From assembly GCA_943354045.1 (NCBI GenBank), contig CALRBF010000003.1:4703-68702 (forward strand): a stretch of 64,000 bases of DNA, written 5' to 3'. Source of the DNA: Parcubacteria group bacterium (GTDB lineage: Bacteria; Patescibacteriota; Minisyncoccia; SW-4-49-11). The translations under genes and the position numbers were made by a program. The notes beneath the pieces are model-generated. The model worked only from the letters and a program-made list of their open reading frames with translations. It was not told where the DNA came from and made no database searches. This document shows, piece after piece, positions 28,598-39,207 of the stretch (its first letter is position 1; each line of letters begins with the position of its first letter).

Positions 28598-30040
28598 ATG
28601 TCTTATTCTATACCTAATCATATTATTTTAATATTGAATACACTCGAAAAAGCGGGGTATGAAGCTTTTATTGTTGGGGGTAGTGTTCGTGATCTTGTGA
28701 GAGGTTCAAATCCCGTAGATTGGGATATCACTACTAATGCTCTTCCCAATCAAATTCAAGAATTATTTCCTGACTCTGTTTATGAGAATAGTTTTGGAAC
28801 TGTAGGGGTCAAGTATCGCCGTCCGGATGATACGACAGAGATTATTGAAGTTACCACTTATCGCAAAGAATCTCAATATACCGATAAGAGGCATCCTGAA
28901 CAAATTGAATTCGTCTCTGAACTCTCTCTTGACCTTGCCCGCCGAGACTTTACCGTCAATGCCCTTGCTATGAATGCCAGATTAGAAATACAAGATTTCT
29001 TTGGGGGGTTATCTGACTTAGAAAAAGGTATTATTCGTACTGTGGGTGAGCCAAAAGACAGATTTGGGGAAGATGCATTGAGACTAATGCGAGCTGTGAG
29101 ATTTGCAGTGCAATTAGATTTCACCATTGAACCTAAAACCTTGCAAGCTATTCAAGATTTAGCTCCTAATCTCGAACATATTGCGCAGGAGCGAATTCGA
29201 GATGAGCTCACCAAAATGATGCTAACCCCGCGAGCAATTAATGGCTATATATTATTAAGAGATACTCATCTATTACCTTTCATAATGCCCGAATTATTAG
29301 AAGGTATAGGAGTAGAACAAAATGGACATCATATTTATGATGTTTGGGAACATCTTTTGAGGACTATGCAACATGCTTGTGATATGTCTTGGAGCTTTGA
29401 TTTGAGAATGGCAGGATTATTACATGATATTGCAAAACCTCGTACCAAGGAAGGTGTGGGGAAAACCTGTACTTTTCATAATCATGAAGTTGTAGGTGCT
29501 AGTATGGCTTATGAAATTCTCAATAGACTTCATTATCCTAAAAAATTTGCAGCCCGAATTTCAAAATTAGTGCGTTATCATATGTTTTATTATGATACCA
29601 ATGAAGTGACTGAATCCTCTATTCGTAAGCTTATTCGTAATGTAGGAGTTGAGAATATCAAGGACTTGATTAAGCTAAGAGAATGTGACCGTATTGGTTC
29701 TGGAACTCCTAAGGCTCGCCCCTATCGCCTACGGCATTTTGAATATATGACAGAAAAAGTTATGTTAGATCCTATAGATTTATCTATGCTCAAAATAGAT
29801 GGAAATACTTTAATTAAAGAATTAAAAATTCCAGCAGGACCTATGATAGGTATGATTCTAAATGTTTTATTAGCAGAAATATTAGAGAATCCCAGTAAAA
29901 ACAATCTCGATTATCTTAAATCACAAGCTCAGATTCTGGCTACCCAAGACCTAAAGGACTTGAAGATAAAAGCTATCAATTTAATTGAAGAGAAACAAAG
30001 AGAACAAGATGAAACTATCCGCAAAAAGTTTTTTGTGTAG
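28598..30040 (+). CDS. cca: CCA-adding tRNA nucleotidyltransferase with C-terminal HD domain
   Basis: 480 aa. Pol-beta NTase head (GGSVRDLVRGSNPVDWDITT), tRNA-NT body, HD motif (LLHDIAKP). Confidence 0.85.
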   Translation: MSYSIPNHIILILNTLEKAGYEAFIVGGSVRDLVRGSNPVDWDITTNALPNQIQELFPDSVYENSFGTVGVKYRRPDDTTEIIEVTTYRKESQYTDKRHPEQIEFVSELSLDLARRDFTVNALAMNARLEIQDFFGGLSDLEKGIIRTVGEPKDRFGEDALRLMRAVRFAVQLDFTIEPKTLQAIQDLAPNLEHIAQERIRDELTKMMLTPRAINGYILLRDTHLLPFIMPELLEGIGVEQNGHHIYDVWEHLLRTMQHACDMSWSFDLRMAGLLHDIAKPRTKEGVGKTCTFHNHEVVGASMAYEILNRLHYPKKFAARISKLVRYHMFYYDTNEVTESSIRKLIRNVGVENIKDLIKLRECDRIGSGTPKARPYRLRHFEYMTEKVMLDPIDLSMLKIDGNTLIKELKIPAGPMIGMILNVLLAEILENPSKNNLDYLKSQAQILATQDLKDLKIKAINLIEEKQREQDETIRKKFFV

Positions 30041-30148
30041 GGATTTTATGTATGAAAAGACAATATAATAGATTGTCCAAAAAGTTATACAATGGTGGTT
30101 TTTGGTATTTTGTTACTGTGTGCGTAGATGATATGAAGTGTATATTTG

Positions 30149-30170
30149 TAGAGTCGGCGACCCCGCCGAC
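30149..30170. repeat. GC-rich palindrome tagagTCGGCGaccccGCCGAc inside the RAYT-like CDS (copy 1)
   Basis: 7-bp perfect stem GTCGGCG/CGCCGAC with a 4-nt loop. GC-rich in an AT-rich gene. The reading frame is maintained through it. Confidence 0.8.
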
Positions 30171-30429
30171 ATATATAGAAGATGTTTATAAATTTAAATT
30201 AAATAATATTGGCAATATTGTAGAAAGTACTTGGCTTGATATACCAAAGTATTATTCTAATATTACATTAGATAGATATGTATTGATGCCAAATCATTTT
30301 CATGGAATAATTGGTATAGACAAAAATTCATATTCTTTAGGTACTAGTAAAAAAGTTTCTTTGGGAGACATAATCTCTAGCTTTAAACAAATATCATTGA
30401 GGAATGTAAAAAAATACAATAATCCTAAT

Positions 30430-30451
30430 GTCGGCGAGGCCGCCGACTCTA
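30430..30451. repeat. Inverted copy of the same palindrome, GTCGGCGaggcCGCCGACtcta, inside the RAYT-like CDS (copy 2)
   Basis: Reverse complement of copy 1 including the tagag/ctcta flanks, differing only in the loop. Lies 260 bp downstream of copy 1. Confidence 0.8.
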
Positions 30452-30613
30452 CGAAAAATATAATGAATAAATATAATACTTTTTGGCAAAAATCTTTCTA
30501 TGATCATATCATTCGTAATAATACTGATTTACTAAGAATTCAAGAATATATTATGAATAATCCTATAAACTGGGAATGAGACGCTCTCAATCCCAATAAT
30601 CCCATACAAATAA

Positions 30614-30642
30614 TTGACAAATAAAATTCTGTGAACTATAAT
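30614..30642 (+). promoter_or_regulatory. Perfect consensus sigma70 promoter (TTGACA - 17 nt - TATAAT) upstream of the V/A-ATPase operon
   Basis: TTGACA at 30614..30619, 17-nt spacer, TATAAT at 30637..30642. Confidence 0.6.
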
Positions 30643-30663
30643 GAATTGTATTTATAAACACCT

Positions 30664-30930
30664 ATGAAAAAACTTGTTGAACTGATTGAAATTGAAAAGT
30701 CTTTTAATCATAATAAGAAATCTTTACAAAAAACCTATATTACCCAATCTCAAGATTATATTGCTCGAGCTAAAGAGAATATTGCAGTTCTTCAAAGAGA
30801 GATTCTGAACAAGAATCAGATTGTGAGTGAAAGATTAGCTTCTTATGAAAAACAGTCTAATGATTCTAATTCAACTGAAATTAAATTAGATGTTCAAAAA
30901 ATTAAAAAACTTATTTTAAGTCAATTATAA
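30664..30930 (+). CDS. Small coiled-coil protein, probable V/A-ATPase peripheral stalk subunit (G/H-like)
   Basis: 88 aa, helical and charged. First gene of the operon, which is the usual position of the G/H stalk subunit in ntp/atp V-type operons. Confidence 0.4.
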   Translation: MKKLVELIEIEKSFNHNKKSLQKTYITQSQDYIARAKENIAVLQREILNKNQIVSERLASYEKQSNDSNSTEIKLDVQKIKKLILSQL

Positions 30931-30936
30931 ATTTGT

Positions 30937-32973
30937 ATGGGAGTTAAAGCGGCTAAATTAATTCAAATCACTGTTCCAAATAATACTCAATTAGAATTAT
31001 TAGCCTATATTCAAAAGCATCAGGTTGGAGAAATTATAGAAAGAGTAGAAAGAACTCCTCTAACTAAAAAATATTTGCATAAACAGGAGGATTTATTAGA
31101 GAATTTAGATATTATCAATAAAGCTTTTGATGTTTATAAAACATATAATCAGCAGAAAAAATCTATTTTAACTAGTCTTATAGATAATCGATTTAGTATT
31201 ACTGAACCTATATTTGAGCATTATGATAAGAATCAAGATCTTATCATTGCCAAAGCCAAAGAAATTGTTGAAAAGGCTGAATTAAAAGATGATTTAACTA
31301 CTCGCCAAGAAATTCTACAAGATATTATTGCTAAATCAGAACCTCTCAAAGATATTGAGCTTAACATTTTTAAGCCCTATTCTTATATTGCTTTTATCCC
31401 CTTCTTGATTGATGAGTCTCGAGCACATTATCTGACAGATCAATTAGAGCATAGTCTCTCTCCTGTAGTTTTAGAATCTGTCAAAAAAGTTGGTACTGAT
31501 TATGTATATATTCTAGCCGTCCCCAAAAATCAGGCTAAAATTGCCCTGGATATAATTCAGAATCAAGCTACCCTGATTCAATTCTCAGCAGAAGTGAAAG
31601 GATCTTTTTATGATGTTTATCATAATAGTAAACAAGAGCTCAATGCCAATACTAAGAAAATTAATACATTAAATCGAGAGTTAAAAAAATCTCCCGTTAA
31701 AATGAAAGACTTAGCTATTTTAGTTGATGTATTAAACTCTCAATTAAATTTAATCTCTTATTTACACTCTTTTAATCCTGAGTCGGAGACTACTTCCTCA
31801 ATACAATTATGGGTAGATGCGGAAAAATTCAACTCAACCAAACAACCTATTTTAGGTATTTCAGAGGATATTACAATTGTAGAATTACCTTCTGATGCTG
31901 AGAATACTCCGATTATATTAAAAAATTTACCGATTATTAGACATTTTGAGACTGTGACCAAAATTATGGGCTATCCGCAAGCTGGTAAAATTGACCCGAC
32001 TTTGTCTATTGCTATATTCTTTACCTTTATGTTTGGATTAGCTTTATCTGAGGCTGGATATGCTTTAATCTTGATTGTTTTGACTGGGCTTGGTTTATTA
32101 AATCCTAGATTAAAATCAGGAATTCGAGATATCTTTGCGGTAGTATTTATTGCTTCTATCTCCACTTTGATTATAGGAGCTCTCTTTGGTAGTTGGTTTG
32201 GAATTACTCCAGATGCAGTTGACTATGCTACTGCCTCTCCTCATATGAAATTCTTGATTAGTATTGGACTGATCCCTTTCTTACAACAATTACAAATTAT
32301 CAACCCTATGGACAGTGTAATTGCCTTGATGGGATTCACTATTGTATTAGGTATTATTCATCTTTTATTTGGTTTGGTTCTCAATATTGTACAGGCTTTC
32401 AATCAAAAATCATTCTGGGATGCTAGCCTAGATTCTATTCTTTGGGCTTTGGCTTTAATCTTTGGAATATTCTTATTAGTGATTAACTTTGGATTATTAG
32501 GAGATGGTTTCAAACTTCTTATTGATCCTCTACTTTACTCCTATATTGCTTATGTTTTTGTGATGACATATCTACTAGGGCGAGAAATGAAGTCTATTTT
32601 TACTAAATTTGGTAAAGGAGCTTATGATGTTTTCTTTGGAGTTGTAGGATATTTGTCAGATATACTATCATACACTAGATTAGTAGCTCTGGGTCTTGCA
32701 ACCGGTATTATTGCTGGTGTAGTAGGAACCTTAGCTAATTTAGCTGGTGGTGGTTTGGTAGAAAAAGGGGGTGCCTGGCTCATTATTGGTTATATTATTA
32801 TGACTGTCATCTTTATTGCTGGAAATATATTTAATATTGCTTTGAATGTACTTGGTACTTATATTAATGTAGGTAGATTACATTTTGTAGAATTCTTTAG
32901 TAAATTCTTCCAATCCGGGGGGAAACCTTTACAAGTTGTCACAAGATCTCAAGAGTACAGTATTATTGAATAA
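30937..32973 (+). CDS. atpI: V/A-type ATPase subunit I (a-subunit, membrane stator)
   Basis: 678 aa. Soluble N-terminal half and polytopic C-terminal half with the conserved Arg-containing helix (SYTRLVALGLATG). Confidence 0.8.
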   Translation: MGVKAAKLIQITVPNNTQLELLAYIQKHQVGEIIERVERTPLTKKYLHKQEDLLENLDIINKAFDVYKTYNQQKKSILTSLIDNRFSITEPIFEHYDKNQDLIIAKAKEIVEKAELKDDLTTRQEILQDIIAKSEPLKDIELNIFKPYSYIAFIPFLIDESRAHYLTDQLEHSLSPVVLESVKKVGTDYVYILAVPKNQAKIALDIIQNQATLIQFSAEVKGSFYDVYHNSKQELNANTKKINTLNRELKKSPVKMKDLAILVDVLNSQLNLISYLHSFNPESETTSSIQLWVDAEKFNSTKQPILGISEDITIVELPSDAENTPIILKNLPIIRHFETVTKIMGYPQAGKIDPTLSIAIFFTFMFGLALSEAGYALILIVLTGLGLLNPRLKSGIRDIFAVVFIASISTLIIGALFGSWFGITPDAVDYATASPHMKFLISIGLIPFLQQLQIINPMDSVIALMGFTIVLGIIHLLFGLVLNIVQAFNQKSFWDASLDSILWALALIFGIFLLVINFGLLGDGFKLLIDPLLYSYIAYVFVMTYLLGREMKSIFTKFGKGAYDVFFGVVGYLSDILSYTRLVALGLATGIIAGVVGTLANLAGGGLVEKGGAWLIIGYIIMTVIFIAGNIFNIALNVLGTYINVGRLHFVEFFSKFFQSGGKPLQVVTRSQEYSIIE

Positions 32974-33078
32974 GACTATTATCTCTTTCATTGTATTTTT
33001 GATTAAGTTCAAGAGTATAGTGACAGAGATGGCAGTAATATCAATCTCTGTCACTTATTAAGAGTTAAAGTTAAATAT

Positions 33079-33558
33079 ATGGAAATATTAGGTGTGAGTT
33101 TAGCGGTACTTGGAGCTGCTTTAGCCGCTGGTTTAGCTGGGGCGGGTTCATCAATTGGAGTAGCTACTGCTGGAAAAACGGGAGCGGGGCTTGTTGCTGA
33201 AGATGACTCTCAATTTGGAAATATACTTTTATTATCAGCCCTACCAGGATCACAGGCTATTTATGGTCTTTTGGCAGCTGTTTTGATTTTGCAAAATACT
33301 GGAGTCTTATCTGGTGAATTTGCAAATTTAAGCTGGCAAAATGGTATGATTCTAGCATTTGCTGGGATTCCAGTGGGACTTACTTGTTTAGCTTCAGGAA
33401 AATATCAAGGGGATGTAATTGCTAGTGGAGTGCAGTTGATTGCTAGAGATAAATCCAAAATTGGACAAGTAATTATCTTAGCTGCTTTAGTAGAGACTTT
33501 TGCTGTATTCGGATTACTGGTTTCTATCTTAATTATTAATGGAGTATCAGTAGGATAA
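33079..33558 (+). CDS. atpK: V/A-type ATPase proteolipid subunit K (c-ring)
   Basis: 159 aa. Duplicated hairpin proteolipid rich in Gly/Ala, with a conserved acidic residue in the distal helix. Confidence 0.8.
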   Translation: MEILGVSLAVLGAALAAGLAGAGSSIGVATAGKTGAGLVAEDDSQFGNILLLSALPGSQAIYGLLAAVLILQNTGVLSGEFANLSWQNGMILAFAGIPVGLTCLASGKYQGDVIASGVQLIARDKSKIGQVIILAALVETFAVFGLLVSILIINGVSVG

Positions 33559-33560
33559 AT

Positions 33561-34097
33561 ATGACTTTAGCAGATTTAATACAATCTCAGAGCAATAAGG
33601 ATATTGAGAAATTAGAAGCTCAATATAAAGCTGAATTCAAAGAGACCAAAAATACTTGGGACTCCGCCTTAGCTGAGGTCAAAAAATTACATACTGAAAA
33701 AATTGAAGAGGCTGTCCAAACTCAAATTAATTTTCAAAAATTCCAAAATAGCAAAACTACTAAATTTACTTTTGGTTATGCCATACAATCTCAACTAACC
33801 CAAATTTATATTGAATCTTTATCAGAAATCCTAGCTTCTAACTTTGTAAAAACCTTAATTCAAGATACTCTTAAGGATATCCCTCAAACTGCAACTTTAA
33901 CTATAACTGGGCAATATGCCAAAGATTTACAAACTATTATCAGTAGTCTTGGATATATATCTAATTCAACTAAAGATAATTCTAATTTAGGTAAAATTAG
34001 CGCTTCATTGGATCATATTCGTCTCGAAATTACTGTTGAGGACATTCTTAATACTGTCAAGCAAGCAACATTAGCCTCCGTAATCAATGAACTATGA
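33561..34097 (+). CDS. V/A-type ATPase subunit E (peripheral stalk)
   Basis: 178 aa helical protein, assigned from its position in the conserved operon order. Confidence 0.55.
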   Translation: MTLADLIQSQSNKDIEKLEAQYKAEFKETKNTWDSALAEVKKLHTEKIEEAVQTQINFQKFQNSKTTKFTFGYAIQSQLTQIYIESLSEILASNFVKTLIQDTLKDIPQTATLTITGQYAKDLQTIISSLGYISNSTKDNSNLGKISASLDHIRLEITVEDILNTVKQATLASVINEL

Positions 34098-35035
34098 GTT
34101 TACAAATTCCTCTAATTGGTGTTGCTAGTAAATATGTCTCTCGATTAGGGCATTTACCCTCCTCTACCGAGGCCAAAAACCTACTCAATACAGATAATAT
34201 TGACGCTATTTTGATTATGATTAGAGATTCTTTTGGAATAGCAGATATTAGTCTAGATAATGTAATTGAGAAATTAAATAATTATTCTCCCACCCAAATT
34301 GAGGAAATTTTGTCCCTTTTACCAGATAATTCCGCTCCTTTTGTCTATTTAACTCTTGCTCAAGACTTTGAAAAATTAAAAACTCTAGCCCTAAGTAAAA
34401 CTATTTATGGCGAGGCTTTGGGAGATAAAGCTTTTGAGCAAATTTTAGCCGAGACTACCACTCATTTACATTATGCTTCTCAATTTAAGTCTAAATTATT
34501 GGCTAAAGAGGAAAAATTAATTCACTCTCATGATAGCTTTAGTCTAATTTCTTATTTAGAGGAAATATTTTTGACTTTACTTTTTGAAAATCTAAGTAAA
34601 AGCAGTGATATTATGCGAGACTTTGTCTTAGCAAAAATAGATAGCTATACCCTACTCAATGTCCTCACCAGAACCCAAAAAGGGCAGTCCAAAGAGCATA
34701 TTCTAAGGCATCTCTTACCAATTCAAGGTAGTCTCGCTATCAATGCAGTAAAGAGCTTTAGCTTTGGAGATATTCTAGGAGATATTGGGCAATATCTAAA
34801 TCTAGCTCCTGTAGATATCAATATCATCAATATTGAAAATACTTTAATTCAAAATGAAATCAAAACTCTACATAGAGCTCAATTTACTGGGATGTCTGGT
34901 GATAGAATTATTCAATATACCGAGAGATTACAATATTCGATTTCAAACTTTAAATTACTTATTTTGCAAAATTCCAAACAAATAGACTCCAAACAAGCTA
35001 AATTAAGATTTATAGATTATTCCAATATATGTTAG
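34094..35035 (+). CDS. V/A-type ATPase subunit C (d-subunit, central socket)
   Basis: 313 aa, all-helical. Assigned from operon position between E and F. Confidence 0.55.
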   Translation: MSLQIPLIGVASKYVSRLGHLPSSTEAKNLLNTDNIDAILIMIRDSFGIADISLDNVIEKLNNYSPTQIEEILSLLPDNSAPFVYLTLAQDFEKLKTLALSKTIYGEALGDKAFEQILAETTTHLHYASQFKSKLLAKEEKLIHSHDSFSLISYLEEIFLTLLFENLSKSSDIMRDFVLAKIDSYTLLNVLTRTQKGQSKEHILRHLLPIQGSLAINAVKSFSFGDILGDIGQYLNLAPVDINIINIENTLIQNEIKTLHRAQFTGMSGDRIIQYTERLQYSISNFKLLILQNSKQIDSKQAKLRFIDYSNIC

Positions 35036-35352
35036 ACTATAAAAAACCCGTTGTAATTGCTGAATCAGATATTATTCTTTTATTTCAATTATTTGGATTT
35101 GAGACTTTCAATAGTGAGAATATTTCATTAGATATTATCATTCAATCTATTGAGAAAGATATAGAGCAATATGCTATTCTCTTTATATCTTCCTCCATTA
35201 TACTTAATCCAAAACAACGAAAAATTATGAACTCATTTAATATCCCTATTTCAGAGCTCCCTATCAGCAGCGATAGCTCTTCTGTAGATGAGCTAAAACG
35301 GCTCACTGAGAAAGCTGTGGGAATGAGCCTCGACACATTATTCGCGTCTTGA
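35029..35352 (+). CDS. V/A-type ATPase subunit F
   Basis: 107 aa. Small alpha/beta protein sitting immediately upstream of the catalytic A subunit. Confidence 0.55.
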   Translation: MLDYKKPVVIAESDIILLFQLFGFETFNSENISLDIIIQSIEKDIEQYAILFISSSIILNPKQRKIMNSFNIPISELPISSDSSSVDELKRLTEKAVGMSLDTLFAS

Positions 35353-37181
35353 TTAATCTAACTATTATGAATACTGGAACAATTATCAAAATCTCTGGCC
35401 CCCTTGTTATCGCTGACTCTATGAAAGGCAGTAAAATGTATGATTTGGTTAAAGTAGGAAAGCTGGAATTGATGGGAGAAATTATTGAGCTCAAGGATGA
35501 TACCGCCTCTATTCAAGTATATGAAGATACTTCTGGGCTTCGTGTTGGAGAACCGGTATATTCAACTGGTGAACCTCTTAGTATTGAGTTAGGACCTGGA
35601 CTTTTGACTGCTGGATTATTTGATGGAATTTTGCGCCCGCTTAATGTTATTGCTGAAAAAACTGCTGCTAATGGGTTAAATCCAGGATATATTGAAAAAG
35701 GTGTTACTGCTCCCAGCCTCAACCGAGAGACAAAATGGGAATTTAAACCTCTGCTCAAAAAAGGAGACAAGGTAATTGCCGGAGATATACTAGGAACAGT
35801 ACAAGAAACTGAGTTGATAACTCATAAAATTCTAGTACCTTTTGGAGTAGAGGGAGAAATTACCGAGATTAAAACTGGAGCATTTACCGTCACTGAGACA
35901 GTAGCCACTATTGGAGATAATCCCGTACAATTAATGCATAAATGGCCAGTACGTACTCCCCGACCTTATCAAGCCAAACAAATTCCTACTACTCCTCTTA
36001 TTACTCAGCAAAGAATTATTGATACCTTTTTCCCTGTACCAAAAGGAGGAGCTGCTGCGGTACCAGGACCTTTTGGAGCAGGAAAAACCGTTATTCAACA
36101 ACAATTAGCAAAATGGTCTGATGCTGATATTGTGGTTTATGTTGGTTGTGGAGAGCGTGGAAACGAAATTACCGATGTATTAGTAGAATTCCCTCATTTA
36201 AAAGACCCGAATTCTGGCCGACCTCTGATGGAAAGAACTATTTTGGTAGCCAATACTTCCAATATGCCAATTGCTGCTCGTGAAGCTTCTGTCTATACCG
36301 GTATTACCCTAGCTGAATATTATCGAGATATGGGATACAATGTAGCTATGATGGCTGACTCTACTTCTCGATGGGCCGAAGCTATGCGTGAAATGTCAGG
36401 AAGATTAGAAGAAATGCCAGGAGAAGAGGGGTATCCTGCCTATCTTGGATCTCGAATTTCAGCCTTTTATGAAAGAGCAGGTATTGTGACAACCCTTGGA
36501 TCTGAGGGAAGAACTGGATCAGCTACTATTATTGCAGCTGTATCGCCTCCAGGAGGAGATTTATCTGAGCCTGTTAGTCAAGCTACCCTTAAAGTAACCA
36601 AAGCTTTTTGGGGATTAGACGCTTCTTTGGCTGCAAAAAAACATTTTCCATCTATTCATTGGCTTAATAGTTACAGTCTTTATAAGGACAATGTGGAAGA
36701 ATATTTTATCAATGCAACCGATGCTGATTGGAAAGAATTGCGTGATCTTGCTATGCAAATTTTACAAAAAGAAAATGAACTTGATGATATTATAAAATTA
36801 GTGGGAATGGACGCCCTATCTAGCGCTGAGAAAATTCTCCTAGACACTGCTCGTGGTCTCAGAGAAGATTATCTTCAACAAAATGCCTTCGATGAAGTTG
36901 ACGCTTTTGCCTCTACGCGAAAAATGTATCTGATGCTCAAAGCGATGTTAACCTTCCATCAAGAAGCTTTGGCATTCACTCAAGGTAATACTCAAATTGA
37001 AATTAATGATATATTAGAGCTCCCAATAAGAGAGTCTATTAGTCAACTCAAGAACATACCTGAATCTAATATAGAGTCAATTGTTACTTTAATTGATTCT
37101 ATTGCTCCTATCATCAAAAATCTCAAAGAGAATAATCAAGACTCAGACTTTGGTATTAATAAAGTAATCAACGGAATTTAG
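35349..37181 (+). CDS. atpA: V/A-type ATPase catalytic subunit A
   Basis: 610 aa. Walker [10 protein letters not shown], Walker B region, A-subunit-specific non-homologous insert. Confidence 0.9.
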   Translation: MINLTIMNTGTIIKISGPLVIADSMKGSKMYDLVKVGKLELMGEIIELKDDTASIQVYEDTSGLRVGEPVYSTGEPLSIELGPGLLTAGLFDGILRPLNVIAEKTAANGLNPGYIEKGVTAPSLNRETKWEFKPLLKKGDKVIAGDILGTVQETELITHKILVPFGVEGEITEIKTGAFTVTETVATIGDNPVQLMHKWPVRTPRPYQAKQIPTTPLITQQRIIDTFFPVPKGGAAAVPGPFGAGKTVIQQQLAKWSDADIVVYVGCGERGNEITDVLVEFPHLKDPNSGRPLMERTILVANTSNMPIAAREASVYTGITLAEYYRDMGYNVAMMADSTSRWAEAMREMSGRLEEMPGEEGYPAYLGSRISAFYERAGIVTTLGSEGRTGSATIIAAVSPPGGDLSEPVSQATLKVTKAFWGLDASLAAKKHFPSIHWLNSYSLYKDNVEEYFINATDADWKELRDLAMQILQKENELDDIIKLVGMDALSSAEKILLDTARGLREDYLQQNAFDEVDAFASTRKMYLMLKAMLTFHQEALAFTQGNTQIEINDILELPIRESISQLKNIPESNIESIVTLIDSIAPIIKNLKENNQDSDFGINKVINGI

Positions 37182-37190
37182 GATAATTAT

Positions 37191-38576
37191 ATGAAGAAAT
37201 GGTATAACACAATCAAAGAAATTGCCGGACCACTCGTAGTAGTGGAAAAGGTACCCGAAGTTGCATTTGAGGAAATTGTAGAAATTCGAGATGCAAAAGG
37301 AAATATTCGCCGAGGAAGAGTACTTGAGGCTGGTAAAGATACCGCCATTGTTCAACTATTTACCAATACTGAAGGACTTGATACCAAAACAGCTGAAATT
37401 GCATTTCTTGGAGAAACACTCAGATTTGGTGTTGCAGAATCAATGCTTGGAAGAGTATTCACCGGAGCTGGTGAGGTCAAAGATGGTGGACCCGAGATTA
37501 TTGCTGAAAAATATGTAGACATCAATGGCGCCCCTATCAATCCTGGACAAAGACAATTCCCTAGTGAATTTATTCAAACAGGAATTTCTACCATTGATGG
37601 ATTAAATGCTCTTGTACGAGGTCAAAAACTCCCTATATTTTCTGGAGCTGGACTACCTCATGCTGAACTTGCTGCCCAAATTGCAGAACAATCTCGTGTG
37701 GTTGAAGTAAAAAATGGTACTGATTTGGTAGAGTCAGATGAACCATTTGCTGTTATTTTTGCAGCTATGGGAGTTACTTTTGAAGAAGCACAATTCTTTA
37801 TCGATTCATTTGAAAAGACAGGAGCTATGGAGCGAGCCGCTCTCTTTATCAATACCGCCAGCGACCCTATCGTAGAGCGTATTACCCTACCAAGACTAGC
37901 ACTTACTCTGGGAGAATATCTTGCCTTTGAGAAAAATATGCATGTATTAGTTATATTAACCGATATGACCAATTATGCTGATGCCCTCCGTGAAGTATCG
38001 GCCTCCAGAAAAGAAATTCCTGGAAGAAGAGGATATCCAGGGTATCTCTATACCGATTTAGCGACTCTTTATGAAAGAGCGGGACTTATCAAGGGATCTA
38101 CTGGTTCATTGACGCAAATTCCTATACTCACTATGCCTGATGATGATAAACAACATCCAATCCCCGATCTTACAGGATATATCACAGAAGGGCAAATTAT
38201 GGTAAATAGAGAGCTTCATAATCAAGGGATTTATCCTCCAATTCAACCAATTGGATCTCTTTCTCGTATTGCAGTAAATAAAAAATATACCCGTGAAGAT
38301 TTATCTGCCGTCAAAGAGCAAATGGCCTCCTCATATGCCAAAGGAATGGAAATCAAAGAATTAGCCCTCATACTTGGTGAATCAGCCCTATCCGAGACAG
38401 ATAAAGCCTATATCCGATTTGCTGAGGCTTTTGAGACAAGATATATTACTCAGGGTCGCCGAGAGAACCGTTCTATATTAGATACGCTTGATTTATCTTG
38501 GGAATTATTATCCATTCTTCCTAAAAAAGAATTAAAGAAAATCAAGCCTGAATTTATTGAGAAATATTCCAAATAA
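37191..38576 (+). CDS. atpB: V/A-type ATPase regulatory subunit B
   Basis: 461 aa. Conserved B-subunit core with a degenerate P-loop. Confidence 0.9.
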   Translation: MKKWYNTIKEIAGPLVVVEKVPEVAFEEIVEIRDAKGNIRRGRVLEAGKDTAIVQLFTNTEGLDTKTAEIAFLGETLRFGVAESMLGRVFTGAGEVKDGGPEIIAEKYVDINGAPINPGQRQFPSEFIQTGISTIDGLNALVRGQKLPIFSGAGLPHAELAAQIAEQSRVVEVKNGTDLVESDEPFAVIFAAMGVTFEEAQFFIDSFEKTGAMERAALFINTASDPIVERITLPRLALTLGEYLAFEKNMHVLVILTDMTNYADALREVSASRKEIPGRRGYPGYLYTDLATLYERAGLIKGSTGSLTQIPILTMPDDDKQHPIPDLTGYITEGQIMVNRELHNQGIYPPIQPIGSLSRIAVNKKYTREDLSAVKEQMASSYAKGMEIKELALILGESALSETDKAYIRFAEAFETRYITQGRRENRSILDTLDLSWELLSILPKKELKKIKPEFIEKYSK

Positions 38577-38578
38577 AT

Positions 38579-39193
38579 ATGCCAGCAGTAAAGCCTACCA
38601 GACAAGAGGCCCTAAGACTTAAGAAGAAAATTAAAACAGCTTCCAGAGGACATAATTTGCTTACCGATAAAAGAGATGGCCTAATTCAAGAATTCCTCGC
38701 TATTATCCAAGAAGTAATAAAACTTCGAGGAGAATTAACACCAAAAATGGTAGAAGCAATACAATTATTCCGATTTGCACAAACCAAAATTTCAGAAGAA
38801 GCTATTCAAGAATTAATTCATCTCTCACAAGCCAAAACATATTTAGAATTACAGAAAAAATCCATTATGGGAGTAAAAATACCCCATATTATACCCCATA
38901 TTACTGGAGACCCTTTCCAATATGGAACCTTTGGTACCCCCAAAGATTTAGATCAATCCTTATCATTATTACAATCCATATTACCCCTCATTATACAATT
39001 AGCGGAAATAGAATTCACCGCCAGACTACTCGCCGAGGAAATTGAAATAACCCGCCGAAGAGTGAATGCGCTAGAATATGTCATAATACCCGAGATGAAG
39101 CAAAACTTGAAGTCAATTCAAAGCTCACTCGACGAACTCACCCGCCAAGAAAAAGTCACTATTATGAAAGTCAAAGAAATTTTGGGATTGTAA
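38579..39193 (+). CDS. atpD: V/A-type ATPase subunit D (central rotor stalk)
   Basis: 204 aa coiled-coil. Its last 56 nt are repeated at 41281..41336. Confidence 0.8.
   Translation: MPAVKPTRQEALRLKKKIKTASRGHNLLTDKRDGLIQEFLAIIQEVIKLRGELTPKMVEAIQLFRFAQTKISEEAIQELIHLSQAKTYLELQKKSIMGVKIPHIIPHITGDPFQYGTFGTPKDLDQSLSLLQSILPLIIQLAEIEFTARLLAEEIEITRRRVNALEYVIIPEMKQNLKSIQSSLDELTRQEKVTIMKVKEILGL
39137..39192 (+). repeat. 56-bp direct repeat, copy 1 (3' end of atpD): boundary of a 2.1 kb inserted islet
   Basis: ctcacccgccaagaaaaagtcactattatgaaagtcaaagaaattttgggattgta, identical to 41281..41336. Confidence 0.9.
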
Positions 39194-39207
39194 TTAAGTA
39201 TACTTAC

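Larger units (their letters stand above)
30052..30579 (+). mobile_element. IS200/IS605-family Y1 HUH transposase-like gene (RAYT/TnpA_REP-like), solitary (no tnpB)
   Basis: 175 aa. HUH motif (LMPNHFHGII) and catalytic Tyr region (FWQKSFYDHIIRN...LLRIQEYIMNNP) typical of Y1 transposases. Starts 11 nt after the cca stop. Confidence 0.7.

Noticed and set aside
30149-30451. The two GC palindromes inside the RAYT-like gene as transcription terminators or IS ends
   Set aside because: Neither is followed by a T-run. Both lie within a continuous 175-aa reading frame whose HUH and Tyr motifs fall on either side. IS200/IS605 end hairpins lie outside tnpA. They are therefore reported as embedded repeats only.
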